From an uncultured Methylocucumis sp. (lineage in GTDB: Bacteria > Pseudomonadota > Gammaproteobacteria > Methylococcales > Methylomonadaceae), in NCBI GenBank assembly GCA_963923905.1, contig CAWUNX010000001.1, positions 1-42,370 on the forward strand: 42,370 nt of DNA, given 5' to 3'. The stretch's first letter is position 1; each line of letters begins with the position of its first letter. Under the pieces are notes generated by a model. It saw only the letters and a list, made by a program, of their open reading frames with translations. It made no database searches and was not told where the DNA came from. The position numbers were made by a program, and so were the translations under genes. This document shows, piece after piece, positions 8,044-18,056 of the stretch.

Positions 8044-8541
8044 CTAAGTGGATAATATATCGCTACGCAGCCCTTCCAGCGCCGTTTTAACGGTTTGCGC
8101 CCTGATTTGACGCCGGTCTCCTGAGAATTGTTTTCTGACAACATAGGCTAAGCCTTCTCTTTTTTTCCATGCGATAAAAACCGTACCTACGGGTTTTTCT
8201 TCAGAACCTCCACCAGGACCGGCAATACCCGTAACGGCTACCGCAAGTGTTGCTTGACTGTGCGCTAACACACCGTCGACCATTGCTAAAGCCGTTTCGG
8301 CGCTCACTGCGCCATAGCTTTCTAGTGTTTCCCTGTTAACTTCTAACATACGTTGTTTTGCTTGATTAGAGTACGTGACAAAACCGCAATCAAACCATGC
8401 CGAACTGCCTGGCACATCCGTTATTATTTCGGCAATCCAACCACCGGTACAAGACTCGGCGGTCGCTAAGATATGCTTTGCTTGGTGCAAGTATTCGCCT
8501 GTTTCGTGGGCGAGTTGGTACAGTTCTGTGTGCATAGTCAT
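8044..8541 (-). CDS. pncC: Nicotinamide-mononucleotide amidohydrolase (CinA C-terminal family)
   Basis: ATAESCTGG, PGSSAWF, VTYSNQAK, GAVS, TGIAGPGGG..KPVGTV. Confidence 0.93.
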   Translation of the reverse strand: MTMHTELYQLAHETGEYLHQAKHILATAESCTGGWIAEIITDVPGSSAWFDCGFVTYSNQAKQRMLEVNRETLESYGAVSAETALAMVDGVLAHSQATLAVAVTGIAGPGGGSEEKPVGTVFIAWKKREGLAYVVRKQFSGDRRQIRAQTVKTALEGLRSDILST

Positions 8542-8567
8542 ATTTAGCGTTGCCTCGTTAGCTTGAC

Positions 8568-10955
8568 TTATTCTGCTTTATCTTCTTCATTGGCCATTTC
8601 AGATATTTCTTTTAGTCGTGAAATCGCTCTAAAATTAATACTGTCTTCTGGGTAATAGCCTTCTTGGTCCACTTCGCCAGCTATTTGTCCTGTTAACAAT
8701 TCAAGTGCTTGATTGACATAGGATACGGCATAAATAGCAAATAATCCTTGCTTAACAGCATCAATCACTTCTTGTTTTAGCATTAAGTTACGTTTATTAG
8801 CGACAGGAATAATGACAGCATGACTGCCGTCTAAACCTCTAGCGTGGCATAGTCTAAAAAAGCCTTCGATTTTTTCATTAATACCACCTACAGCTTGTAC
8901 TTCGCCATATTGATTAATCGAGCCGGTTAGCGCGAAACTTTGTTTTATCGGAGTGCGCGTTAAGGCGGAAATTAAGCAACATAATTCAGCTAACGATGCG
9001 CTATCGCCATCGATTTCGGAATAGGATTGCTCAATGGCAATACTGGCTGAAATGGCGAGTGGAAATTGCTGAGCATAAAAATGCCCTAAGTAGCCGGATA
9101 AAATCATCACGCCTTTAGAATGAATCGATTGGCCTAATTCAGCTTCTCGTTCAATATCGACAATACCTCTTGAGCCTGGTGACACCGTAGTCGTAATGCG
9201 TGCCGGCGAGCCGTAGCAACTACCGCCAATTTCAAGTACGGTTAAACCATTGATTTTGCCAACGGCTTCCCCGGTAGTGTCGATTAAAATAGTGCCATCT
9301 AGCATTTCCTTAAGAATTTCTTGGGAAATTCTGCCATTTCGGTATTCTCGGGCTTGTAGTGCCTGTTCGATATGGGTTTGCTCTATAACAGTCGTATGAC
9401 TACGTTGACTAAATAAGTCGGCTTCACCGATGATTTCCAACGTGTCATTAATATGCGCAGAAAATTGCTGTTGGCTTTCTGCCAGTCGGCAACTGTGTTC
9501 GATTAAGCGTTGGACTGCGTTTGAAGTGAGTTGTTTGCCTGTGTGTTCTTGCGCATAGCCTTGAATGCGCGTGGCTAATTGTTGAATGTTGTTATGAGTG
9601 ACAGGAATATAAGGGTCAAAATCGGCTAACACCTTAAACATTTCATTAAATTCACTATCAAGCTCTTCTAGCAAATAGTAAATATCCCTAGAACCCACTA
9701 AAACGACTTTTAGGTTTAATGTGACGACTTCGGGTTTTAAGGTAATGGTATTAATACCCCATTCTGTGTAAGGTGCATCGACTTCAATGCAGCCAGCTTG
9801 CAATGCACGTTTTAAACCATCCCAGACATAAGGATAGTTTAAGAGTTTTTCGGCATCGAGTACTAGATAACCGCCATTGGCTTTATGTAAAGAGCCAGCA
9901 CAGATTTTACGGTAGCTGGTTACTAATGCGCCTTGTTCACTTGCATATTCGATGCGGCCAAATAAGTTTTGATACGTCGGATGCGGTTCATAAACGACTG
10001 GCGCGCCGGTATTTAACTTGTGGTCAACGAGCACATTCGGTAAATATTGTTCGATTAACAGTTGTTTCTTTCTGCGGAAGGCATCAGCATCGATAGACTT
10101 GCTAGGCATTAGTACATCGGCAATAGTGACATCGACTAAATGCTGCTTCATTTCGGTTAAGTACAGAATGACATCGGCTTGTTGTTGATATTTATCGCGT
10201 AATTCGGCGAACAAAGGCTCAATAGCGCTACTGACGGTATCACTGTCTACTTGCTTAATCCGCTCAGCCATTTCCCTACGCCATTGCGGCAATTCCAATA
10301 GCACTTCGTTTAAATAATCTTCTAAACCAACTACATCGGCATGAAAAACATCTTTTTCTGCTTGTGGCAATAGGCTAAATTCTTCATCTGTTAAGGGTTT
10401 ATTACTGCCCATAGGCGCAAAGGTCATGACATCGTTTTCCATAAACAAGGCAATCCCCATTTCTTGCGCCTTGTAATCGACCATGCCTATAGCGTTGTTA
10501 TAGGCTTGAGTAAAATGTCGCTCAATCGCCGTCTTTTTTTGTTGATAAGTTGGGCTGTCAAAAACGGCAGGGAAGGTGGCTAAGACGTCATCAATGAGTT
10601 TTTCTATGTCTTTGCTAAAGGTATGGCCTGTATCGGCGGGCAATAGCAGCGCTTTAGGTTCGCGAGAAAAATTAAAATGATCGATATAAACCAAAGACTC
10701 CGGAGTGGATAATGCTTGTGCAGCGAGTTTTAGCTGCTCAAACACTAAGCTTAAACGGCCTAAACCAGGCTCGCCCATGACGAAGATGTTATAGCCGAAT
10801 CTTGGCATCGCGACCCCAAACTCTAGCGCTGATTGCGCGCGTGCTTGGCCGATGAGTAACGACGCCGATTCAGATGATTTGAGTGATATATCAATATCAG
10901 CCATATCAACATGTAATTTAAGTGCTGATAAAGGCAGTTTTAACGATTGAGACAT
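8568..10955 (-). CDS. Lon-like protease, LonC/AAA_32 type (S16 peptidase domain)
   Basis: GQARA, degenerate Walker A GEPGLGR, GSLHKANGGYL, VGKINGL, catalytic DGDSAS and GGINEKIEGF. Start is probably MSQS (10955); the ORF extends to 10967. Confidence 0.9.
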   Translation of the reverse strand: MSQSLKLPLSALKLHVDMADIDISLKSSESASLLIGQARAQSALEFGVAMPRFGYNIFVMGEPGLGRLSLVFEQLKLAAQALSTPESLVYIDHFNFSREPKALLLPADTGHTFSKDIEKLIDDVLATFPAVFDSPTYQQKKTAIERHFTQAYNNAIGMVDYKAQEMGIALFMENDVMTFAPMGSNKPLTDEEFSLLPQAEKDVFHADVVGLEDYLNEVLLELPQWRREMAERIKQVDSDTVSSAIEPLFAELRDKYQQQADVILYLTEMKQHLVDVTIADVLMPSKSIDADAFRRKKQLLIEQYLPNVLVDHKLNTGAPVVYEPHPTYQNLFGRIEYASEQGALVTSYRKICAGSLHKANGGYLVLDAEKLLNYPYVWDGLKRALQAGCIEVDAPYTEWGINTITLKPEVVTLNLKVVLVGSRDIYYLLEELDSEFNEMFKVLADFDPYIPVTHNNIQQLATRIQGYAQEHTGKQLTSNAVQRLIEHSCRLAESQQQFSAHINDTLEIIGEADLFSQRSHTTVIEQTHIEQALQAREYRNGRISQEILKEMLDGTILIDTTGEAVGKINGLTVLEIGGSCYGSPARITTTVSPGSRGIVDIEREAELGQSIHSKGVMILSGYLGHFYAQQFPLAISASIAIEQSYSEIDGDSASLAELCCLISALTRTPIKQSFALTGSINQYGEVQAVGGINEKIEGFFRLCHARGLDGSHAVIIPVANKRNLMLKQEVIDAVKQGLFAIYAVSYVNQALELLTGQIAGEVDQEGYYPEDSINFRAISRLKEISEMANEEDKAE

Positions 10956-11293
10956 GTTAAACAACAATAAAGGGTAAAAGGTCGCTATTCTATCTTATTT
11001 TTCAGTAACATGAATAGTAAGCGTCGAAGCTCAGTATATAGCCATGAGTGGGCGTTTTTTGAACTGTTGCTTGATTTTTTTGGCAAACTATTGGTTTTTC
11101 ATAGACTAAAATACTCATAGCGAGTAGTTATACGCAAAAAACACGTTATAAAATTTACTTATTTTTTTAATCAGTTATTTTAGCTGTCAGTTAAACATGT
11201 TGGATAAAAATCCCCTTGCATTTTTATTGTTGAAAACGATGTATAAACACTTTATGTTAGAATCACTGGCACAATTATAAAAATAACGACTCC

Positions 11294-12994
11294 ATGACCG
11301 CTAAACCGAAAATTTTAGTCATTGATGACGATCCCATGACACGCGCGTTAGTGAATAAATCATTAACAGCGAGTAATTTTGATGTCATCTGTGCCGAAAG
11401 TGGCGATGCGGGACTCGCAGAGATTGCGCATAACCGGCCAGATTTGATTTTATTAGATGTGATGATGCCTGGCATGGATGGCTTTGCCTGTCTTAGAATT
11501 TTAATCGCCCATTACGCGACCGATGTGCCTATTATCATGATGACGGCCGTGGAAGATGTACATTGTGTTGAGCAAGCTTTTCAATTAGGCGCGACGGACT
11601 TTATTAGTAAGCCAATCCAGTGGTTATTATTGCCTTACCGGGTGCGTTATGTATTACGTTCTCACCATACGCGACAATTATTAATTAAACAGCAACAGCA
11701 ATTACGGCAAAGTGAAGCTCAGTTAAGATTATCGTTAGCAGCCGGTAAGCAAGGATTATGGGATTATAGCCCTCTAACAAACGAAATTAGAGTGAATGCG
11801 GAATATGCTTTAATGCTAGGTTATGAAGCCAATGAGTTTTCTTCGCTACGCTTAGTTGAGTGGTTAGCAAGTATCCATCCAGAAGATGAGGCTATAGTAA
11901 AAACTTCCTTTCGTGCCTATTTGCTGGGTGAACAACCTGAATATCGAGTCAGTTTTAGACAGCGTTGCCGTGATGGTTCATGGCGTTGGATTCTGGCAAC
12001 GGGAAGTATTGTCGAGCGCGATGCCGCAGGTAATCCGTTACGAATTTTGGGTACGCATACGGATATTCAACAAAATAAATTAGCCGAAGAGCAGTTACAG
12101 TTACTGGCAAAGGTGTTTGAGCATAGTGGCGAGGGTATTATTTTATGCGATGCCGATGCGCGTATTTTGTCGTGTAATCAGGCGTATTGCCAAATTACCG
12201 GTTATACACAACAAGAAATTATTCAGCAAACGCCTAAAATTTTATCGATTCAGCAAAAAGACCAAACGTATTTTGCAAAAATGCGTAATGCCTTGAAAAA
12301 GCATAGTTATTGGCAAGACGAAGTTTGGGATGTTAGAAAAAATGGCGAGCAATATCCGGTTTTGTTAGGCATTTCAGTCGTTCGTAATCAAGAAGGCCGT
12401 ATCACCCACTATATCGGTATTTTTTCTGATATTACCGAGCGCAAAGTGGCTGAGCAAAAAATAGAGTTTTTAGCACATCATGACTCGTTAACAGGGTTGC
12501 CTAATCGAACTTTATTGCAAGAGCGTTTTGCTCAAGCGCTAATCGCTGCAAGTAGAAATCAGACGTTAGTTGCATTATTGTTTTTAGACTTAGACCGATT
12601 CAAACATATCAACGATAGTTTAGGTCATGATATGGGCGATTTACTGCTACAGGGCATTGCTGAGCGCTTATCGAATTGCGTACGTGAAGCGGATACCATT
12701 TGTCGCTATGGTGGTGATGAATTCATTATTATTTTAACGAATTTACCGGATGCGCTAATTGCTGAGCGTGTCGCTGAAAAAATTATTGCTCAATTACATC
12801 AACCATTTGCTATTAATAGTCATCAATTAACGACCTCGTTTAGTATAGGTATAAGTGTTTACCCTAATGACGGCAATACGTTAGATGATTTATTAAAAAA
12901 AGCCGATATAGCGATGTATCAGGCTAAAAAGGCAGGTCGTAATTGTTATTGCTGCTTCTCAACAGAACATGACACCTCAGTGCCGTTAAGTTAA
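11294..12994 (+). CDS. Response-regulator diguanylate cyclase REC-PAS-PAS-GGDEF
   Basis: IDDD..LLDVMMP..SKP; PAS_3 (IHPED, RCRDGSWRW); second PAS (RKNGEQYP, SDITERK); HDSLTGLPNR, READ I-site, YGGDEF. Confidence 0.93.
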   Translation: MTAKPKILVIDDDPMTRALVNKSLTASNFDVICAESGDAGLAEIAHNRPDLILLDVMMPGMDGFACLRILIAHYATDVPIIMMTAVEDVHCVEQAFQLGATDFISKPIQWLLLPYRVRYVLRSHHTRQLLIKQQQQLRQSEAQLRLSLAAGKQGLWDYSPLTNEIRVNAEYALMLGYEANEFSSLRLVEWLASIHPEDEAIVKTSFRAYLLGEQPEYRVSFRQRCRDGSWRWILATGSIVERDAAGNPLRILGTHTDIQQNKLAEEQLQLLAKVFEHSGEGIILCDADARILSCNQAYCQITGYTQQEIIQQTPKILSIQQKDQTYFAKMRNALKKHSYWQDEVWDVRKNGEQYPVLLGISVVRNQEGRITHYIGIFSDITERKVAEQKIEFLAHHDSLTGLPNRTLLQERFAQALIAASRNQTLVALLFLDLDRFKHINDSLGHDMGDLLLQGIAERLSNCVREADTICRYGGDEFIIILTNLPDALIAERVAEKIIAQLHQPFAINSHQLTTSFSIGISVYPNDGNTLDDLLKKADIAMYQAKKAGRNCYCCFSTEHDTSVPLS

Positions 12995-13035
12995 GCAGGA
13001 GTTCAATGGCTGAAGCCGTTTTACTCCAATTCGGT

Positions 13036-13068
13036 ACGACTGTGCGTCTTTAAAGAACGCGCAGTCGT
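13036..13068. terminator. Hairpin between convergent DGC and RTX genes (probably bidirectional terminator)
   Basis: ACGACTGTGCGT-cttt-aaag-a-ACGCGCAGTCGT followed by TT. Confidence 0.6.
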
Positions 13069-13080
13069 TTCAATAGACGC

Positions 13081-15063
13081 TTAGGCTAACCAAACGCCAC
13101 CGGCTACCAACCCTGTGGAGTTTAAATTACTCGCGACAACGCCGCTTAACATCACTAGCGTATCATCAGCGCCGCTGTCTTGGAACACATAGGTATTGCC
13201 AAGCGCTGTAAAAGCAACCGTACCCGCTGTAATATTGTTTTGCAAATAACTAAAGACAGTGTTCAGCATCTTATTAGTGAGGGTTAATGCACTGCTAAAG
13301 CTGTCAGCATCATCAAAGCTAATGATGCCGCTGGTAATGGCATGACTTTTGATAACACCGGCATTAACGCCATCGACGGCGGCGATATTAGCGGCAATCG
13401 CCGTGCTTGATAAGTCCAGTTTATCGGTTGTTTCATTGCTAAAGCCAACACCTAGTTCAAAACCAGAAACAATATCATAGCTGCTGACTAAGCTATCACC
13501 GTCAGCTATTTTTATCGTATCGGTTACGGCTATCTTCTCTCCCAAACGCAAGCTGTCTTTACCTAAGCCGCCGATATAAAGGTCTTTGCCGTTGCCGCCA
13601 GTGAGTGTTTCAGCACCGCTACTGCCTGATAATGCGTTATTGAATTTAGTACCGCGTAAATAATCATCGCCAACAATAATACGTTGTAACACATCGCCTT
13701 TGTCGAAATTAAATAGCTCTATTATGCGATTATGCTTTTTATAGTAGTAGCTGCTTATCGTTAGCTGATTGTTGTCGCCATATTCTATACGCAAGTCCCA
13801 ATCATCGCGTGTGATACGAGTAATATCGGTAAGCTTAATGTCGGTAAATTTCACCACATCATTACCGCCGCCCTCGTAAATCGTATCAACACCATCGTTG
13901 TTAGCGATGATATAGGTATCGTTGCCGTAGCCGCCATGCAACTGGTCATTACCTAAGCCGCCGTTTAGCGTGTCGTTACCATCCTCACTATACAATCTGT
14001 CATTACCGCCTAGCCCTGCTAAATTATCGTTTTCGTAATTATAACCATATAGCGCGTCGTCACCATCGCTAGCGATGGCTAAGGTTTTAAGCTTAATGTC
14101 TTGCCAAGACCATGTTAAGCCATCGCTGAAGTTAAATTGCTCTATGCGATAATCCTCACTTGAGAAATAGTAACTTATCATTAGCTGACTGTTGTCGCCA
14201 TACTCTATAAGTAAAGTATAATAACCTCGTGTGACACGGGTAATATCGGTAGACTTAACGTCGGTAAATTTCACTACATCTGTACCGTTGAAGTCGTGAA
14301 TCCTATCAATACCATCGTTGTTAGCGATGATATAGGTATCGTTGCCAGATCTGCCTTCCATAGAGTCTTCACCTAAACCGCCGTTTAGCGTGTCATTGCC
14401 AGCTCCGCCATCTAACGTGTCATTACCGCCTAGCCCTGCTAAATTATCGTTTTCGTCATCATAACCATATAGCGTGTCGTCACCATCGCTAGCGATAGCT
14501 AAAGCTTTAAGCTTAATGTCTTGCCAAGACCATGTTAAGCCATCGCTGAAGTTAAATTGCTCTATGTGGTAACTGTCACTTGAGAAATAGGAACCTATCC
14601 TTAGCTGACTTTTGTCGCCATACTCTATAAGTAACTCATTAAGCTCTCCTCGTGTGATGCGGGTAATATCGGTAGACTTTACGTCGGTAAACTTCACCAC
14701 ATCTGTACCGTCTTCGTCGCCAATCACATGAATACCATCGTTGTTAGCGATAATATAGGTATCGTTGTCGACACCACCAAACATATAGACATTGCCTGAA
14801 CCGCCGTTTAACGTATCGTTGCCCTTGCCGCCATACAACTCGTCATTACCTAAACCGCCGTTTAGCATGTCGTTGCCGCCTTCGCCATACAATTTGTCAT
14901 TGCCGTCATCGCCAGCCAAGAAGTCATCACCTACCCCCCCAATCATGAAGTCATCACCGGAAGCGCCTTCTAACGTATCATTGCCGTCATAGCCGTATAG
15001 TTCATCCGATAATTTAGAGCCGTGAATAATGTTATCGTTGTTATCGCCATAATAAGTTGCCAT
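13081..15063 (-). CDS. RTX-type calcium-binding surface/secreted protein with hemolysin-Ca-binding-related domains
   Basis: Many GGxGxDxLx nonapeptides; repeated [17 protein letters not shown]; no N-terminal signal peptide; Ala/Ser/Thr-rich C-terminal tail consistent with type I secretion; AGGAG RBS. Confidence 0.9.
   Translation of the reverse strand: MATYYGDNNDNIIHGSKLSDELYGYDGNDTLEGASGDDFMIGGVGDDFLAGDDGNDKLYGEGGNDMLNGGLGNDELYGGKGNDTLNGGSGNVYMFGGVDNDTYIIANNDGIHVIGDEDGTDVVKFTDVKSTDITRITRGELNELLIEYGDKSQLRIGSYFSSDSYHIEQFNFSDGLTWSWQDIKLKALAIASDGDDTLYGYDDENDNLAGLGGNDTLDGGAGNDTLNGGLGEDSMEGRSGNDTYIIANNDGIDRIHDFNGTDVVKFTDVKSTDITRVTRGYYTLLIEYGDNSQLMISYYFSSEDYRIEQFNFSDGLTWSWQDIKLKTLAIASDGDDALYGYNYENDNLAGLGGNDRLYSEDGNDTLNGGLGNDQLHGGYGNDTYIIANNDGVDTIYEGGGNDVVKFTDIKLTDITRITRDDWDLRIEYGDNNQLTISSYYYKKHNRIIELFNFDKGDVLQRIIVGDDYLRGTKFNNALSGSSGAETLTGGNGKDLYIGGLGKDSLRLGEKIAVTDTIKIADGDSLVSSYDIVSGFELGVGFSNETTDKLDLSSTAIAANIAAVDGVNAGVIKSHAITSGIISFDDADSFSSALTLTNKMLNTVFSYLQNNITAGTVAFTALGNTYVFQDSGADDTLVMLSGVVASNLNSTGLVAGGVWLA
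13700..14820 (-). repeat. About 2.6 tandem copies of a 420-423 bp (140-141 aa) unit inside the RTX gene
   Basis: Identical blocks recur 420 nt apart (e.g. ttgccaagaccatgttaagccatcgctgaagttaaattgctctatg at 14101 and 14521; accatcgttgttagcgat at 13891, 14311 and 14734). Confidence 0.92.
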
Positions 15064-15559
15064 AGTTTCTCCTGGGGGTCAGTTTGTAAAGTTTAGTTGA
15101 ATGAGCAGGTGGTTCTAAATGAGTTTTGGTATTTTTAACCCAAATACTAAGTAACGAATTTTATAAAGAGCCGCTGAGAAAAAACTAGAGCGATTGGCGG
15201 CGGTATCAAAAGACTGGTTAATAAGCACTATCAGTTATATTGGTTTAGGCCAATTTGCGGTAAGGCTTAATTCTTGGCAGCCATTCTCAATTTTGATGAG
15301 CATTAAAATTCAATGGCTTAAGTGGATGTTAATATTTACTTGACACGATTTTAACCGCAATCATTGCCGATTTAACAAGAAATTGACTATTTTTTATACA
15401 GATTTACCCATTATTGAAAAAGTCAAATTGCTATTGTATTGATTTTTAAATGGCTTCCGATTGAGCGGCTTGGTTTTAATTTCAGTAGCGGCTAAATCTT
15501 TTTTGCTCTAGCTTAACTTAATATATGAGGGTAATAAAGCGGCGCGATGCTCGTGAACC

Positions 15560-16252
15560 CTAGGGTCGTTTCAGGCGATACCCGATACCCGATTCTGTCA
15601 GTAAATATTGTGGTCGGGTTGGGTCTTGTTCTATTTTTTGGCGCAATTGGCTAATGTAGATTCTTAAATAATGCGCATTGTCGCTATAAGAGGGGCCCCA
15701 GACTTCTTTTAATAAAAAGCGTTGCGTCAGTACCTTATCTGAGTTTTTCACCAAGACAGTCAGTAGCCGGTATTGGATAGGGGTTAAGTGAATTTCGTTA
15801 TCCGCTACCCGAACAACCCGTTTGTTTAGGTCAACCGTTAGCTTGCCACAGGTAAAAATACCCTCGGGTGCAAAGACCGTATCACTACGACAACGCCGTA
15901 ATAAAACCCGAATCCGCGCCAGTAATTCACCTAAACCAAAAGGCTTGGTTAAGTAATCATCAGCACCGGCGTCTAGCGCATTAATTTTTTGCTGCTCCGA
16001 ATTACGCGCTGATAACACTAAAATGGGTAGCGTTGACCAGGCGCGTATGGCTTGAATGACTTGCTCGCCGTCCATGTCAGGCAAACCTAAATCTAATACG
16101 ACCATATCAGGCTTGCGAGTGCTCGCTTCGATAATGCCTTGTTTGCCGGTTTCTGCTTCGTAGACTTTAAGGCCATGTGCGCTTAAGCCCGTGCGCAGAA
16201 ATAGCCGTATGGCGGGGTCGTCTTCTATCATGATAATCACTGGGTTGTTCAT
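15560..16252 (-). CDS. kdpE: OmpR-family response regulator, KdpE-like
   Basis: LDLGLPDMDG, ALDAGADDYLTKPF, HLTPIQYRLL, EVWGP....AHYLRIYISQLRQKIE.DPTRPQYLLTESGIGYR. Confidence 0.88.
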   Translation of the reverse strand: MNNPVIIMIEDDPAIRLFLRTGLSAHGLKVYEAETGKQGIIEASTRKPDMVVLDLGLPDMDGEQVIQAIRAWSTLPILVLSARNSEQQKINALDAGADDYLTKPFGLGELLARIRVLLRRCRSDTVFAPEGIFTCGKLTVDLNKRVVRVADNEIHLTPIQYRLLTVLVKNSDKVLTQRFLLKEVWGPSYSDNAHYLRIYISQLRQKIEQDPTRPQYLLTESGIGYRLKRP

Positions 16253-16329
16253 GCTTTAGTGATGCCTCCTACAATGAGATGTCATGCTAATATAGCGAAA
16301 TCCATCAACAAAGCTAGGGTTAAACAGCT

Positions 16330-17094
16330 ATGAATGCTATCGAACATGCCGTAAGCGAGTTACATGAACAAGGCTATACTATTGTTAATAATGTGTTAAC
16401 AGCGTCCGAATTAACGGCGCTAGACCAAGATTTATTGCGTTTAGAGCATGAGCTTAATATCAAGCCCGGTGTATCAGCGTTTGAAGGCTATCAGACGCTT
16501 AGGATTCATAATTTACTGACGCACGGCGTGTTGTATCAGTGTGTGCCGGTGCATGAAAAAATTTTACCGATTATCGAAGCTTTTTTAGATCCGGGTTGCT
16601 TGGTGTCGTCATTGTCAACGTCAACGCTCTTACCGGGGCAAGACGCGCAAACGATACACGCCGATGACCAATTAATCCCGTTGCCCAGGCCCCACATACC
16701 GATTATCTGTAATACGTTATGGGCTATTTCTGATTTTACCGAAGAAAATGGCGCAACGAGAGTCATTCCAGGCAGTCACCGATTAGACCATAACCCTGAT
16801 ATTAATGGCAGTTATGACAGCATCGCCGCAGAAATGCCTAAAGGCAGTGTGTTATTGATACATGGTAGCGTTTGGCATGGTGGCGGGGCGAATCGCAGCC
16901 AGCAACGGCGCACAGCGATTGCCTTAAACTACTGTGCGGGTTTTATCCGGCAACAAGAAAATCAGCAATTAGGTATTCCTAGAGAGATAGCTAAAACCTT
17001 TTCTAAACGCTTAAGCGAATTAGTCGGTTATAGTATTTATAACAGTTTAATCGGTCATATTAATTGCGACCATCCAGGCCGATTACTCGATTAG
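16330..17094 (+). CDS. Phytanoyl-CoA dioxygenase (PhyH) family Fe(II)/2-oxoglutarate dioxygenase
   Basis: HxD motif (IHADD), DFTEENGATRVIPGSH, VWHGGGANRS...R. Confidence 0.9.
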   Translation: MNAIEHAVSELHEQGYTIVNNVLTASELTALDQDLLRLEHELNIKPGVSAFEGYQTLRIHNLLTHGVLYQCVPVHEKILPIIEAFLDPGCLVSSLSTSTLLPGQDAQTIHADDQLIPLPRPHIPIICNTLWAISDFTEENGATRVIPGSHRLDHNPDINGSYDSIAAEMPKGSVLLIHGSVWHGGGANRSQQRRTAIALNYCAGFIRQQENQQLGIPREIAKTFSKRLSELVGYSIYNSLIGHINCDHPGRLLD

Positions 17095-17850
17095 CGTGGT
17101 GACCTGTTGTAATGGAATGATTTTTTTTACTCTGACTGAAATAGGTTCAGTCGAATTAACGGCAAGTGCCATTTGGTGCTGCTCAGTCGGTTGGTAGCGC
17201 CAAAATTGCCAGTGCTTAGGTCTGTCAGCGATAGATTCTAAAAATTCAATACTTACCGATTGATGCAGGCCAAAGTTAAAACTGAACTGATCTAATGGCT
17301 GTGATAAACCCAATCCTTTGGCCTTAATATAGGCTTCTTTAAGCGTCCATAACGCAAAAAAACGCTGTTGTTGCAAAGCGTCTGGCAATTGCATGAGTTC
17401 TTGGATTTCGGCGGCGGCAAAATAGCGAGCCGCAATATCTAGCGTCGCATTCGCTCTTAATAAATATTCAACGTCGATACCGATTGCGTGTTTAAGCGTA
17501 ACCGCGCAAGTAATTAACCCCTCGGTATGAGAAAGATTAAATCTCAACGGCAACGCGATTAAGCCGGGTTGAATTTCTGGTTTGCCGTAACTATCACGAA
17601 CAAATTGCCAAGCACTCGGCTCTAGCGGCAAATACTGCGATAACACCGCGCGTACCATTGCGCGTGTCACTAAATATTGGTGTTGATGACGGGCAAAATA
17701 AAAGCGTTGCCATTGTTGTCGATCTGGCTCAGTAAGTAATGCTTGATACGTTAACAGTAAATCAGCATCGGTGATTTCGTCTGGATAAGCCAGCCATACA
17801 TCGACGACATGCTCGGCTAAAGAAGAAGGTTGAAAGGGTAAATTTTGCAT
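17083..17850 (-). CDS. Sfp-type 4'-phosphopantetheinyl transferase
   Basis: YGKP, FNLSHT, IGIDVE, FFALWTLKEAYIKAKGLGL. Start reassigned to MQNLPF (17850). Confidence 0.9.
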   Translation of the reverse strand: MQNLPFQPSSLAEHVVDVWLAYPDEITDADLLLTYQALLTEPDRQQWQRFYFARHQHQYLVTRAMVRAVLSQYLPLEPSAWQFVRDSYGKPEIQPGLIALPLRFNLSHTEGLITCAVTLKHAIGIDVEYLLRANATLDIAARYFAAAEIQELMQLPDALQQQRFFALWTLKEAYIKAKGLGLSQPLDQFSFNFGLHQSVSIEFLESIADRPKHWQFWRYQPTEQHQMALAVNSTEPISVRVKKIIPLQQVTTLIE

Positions 17851-18056
17851 TAAGTCTGGACTATACGGAGTCGTTGCGCGATACTGCCCACGCTTTAAAA
17901 ACGTGTGGTTTTTAAGCGTTATGATTGCTACGAAAAAGCGCCATTGTAACAACATTGTTTCAACTTCTAACGCATTTTCGGCAGATGTTCAAACAAAGTG
18001 GTCTTGGGCACGTTAACGGCCCGCTACTTTATCTTTTTAAATGCAAGAGGTTAAAC

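Noticed and set aside
8568-10967. Degenerate Walker A (GEPGLGR) as a sign of a pseudogene
   Set aside because: LonC-type proteases normally have a degenerate ATPase module; the frame and Ser-Lys dyad are intact.
13700-14820. RTX repeats as a diversity-generating retroelement TR/VR pair or a CRISPR array
   Set aside because: Differences are not confined to adenines (e.g. AGG/ATG, GAC/GAG), all copies are in-frame coding, and no reverse transcriptase or cas gene is present.
15064-15559. c-di-GMP riboswitch or ops element in the long RTX leader
   Set aside because: No GEMM consensus found by eye; a GGCGGTA-like word lies on the wrong strand.
17851-18056. Overlapping N-terminal extensions of the PPTase and SlyD ORFs
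   Set aside because: Artefacts of longest-ORF calling; homology-consistent starts are 17850 (-) and 18057 (+), leaving a normal divergent promoter gap.
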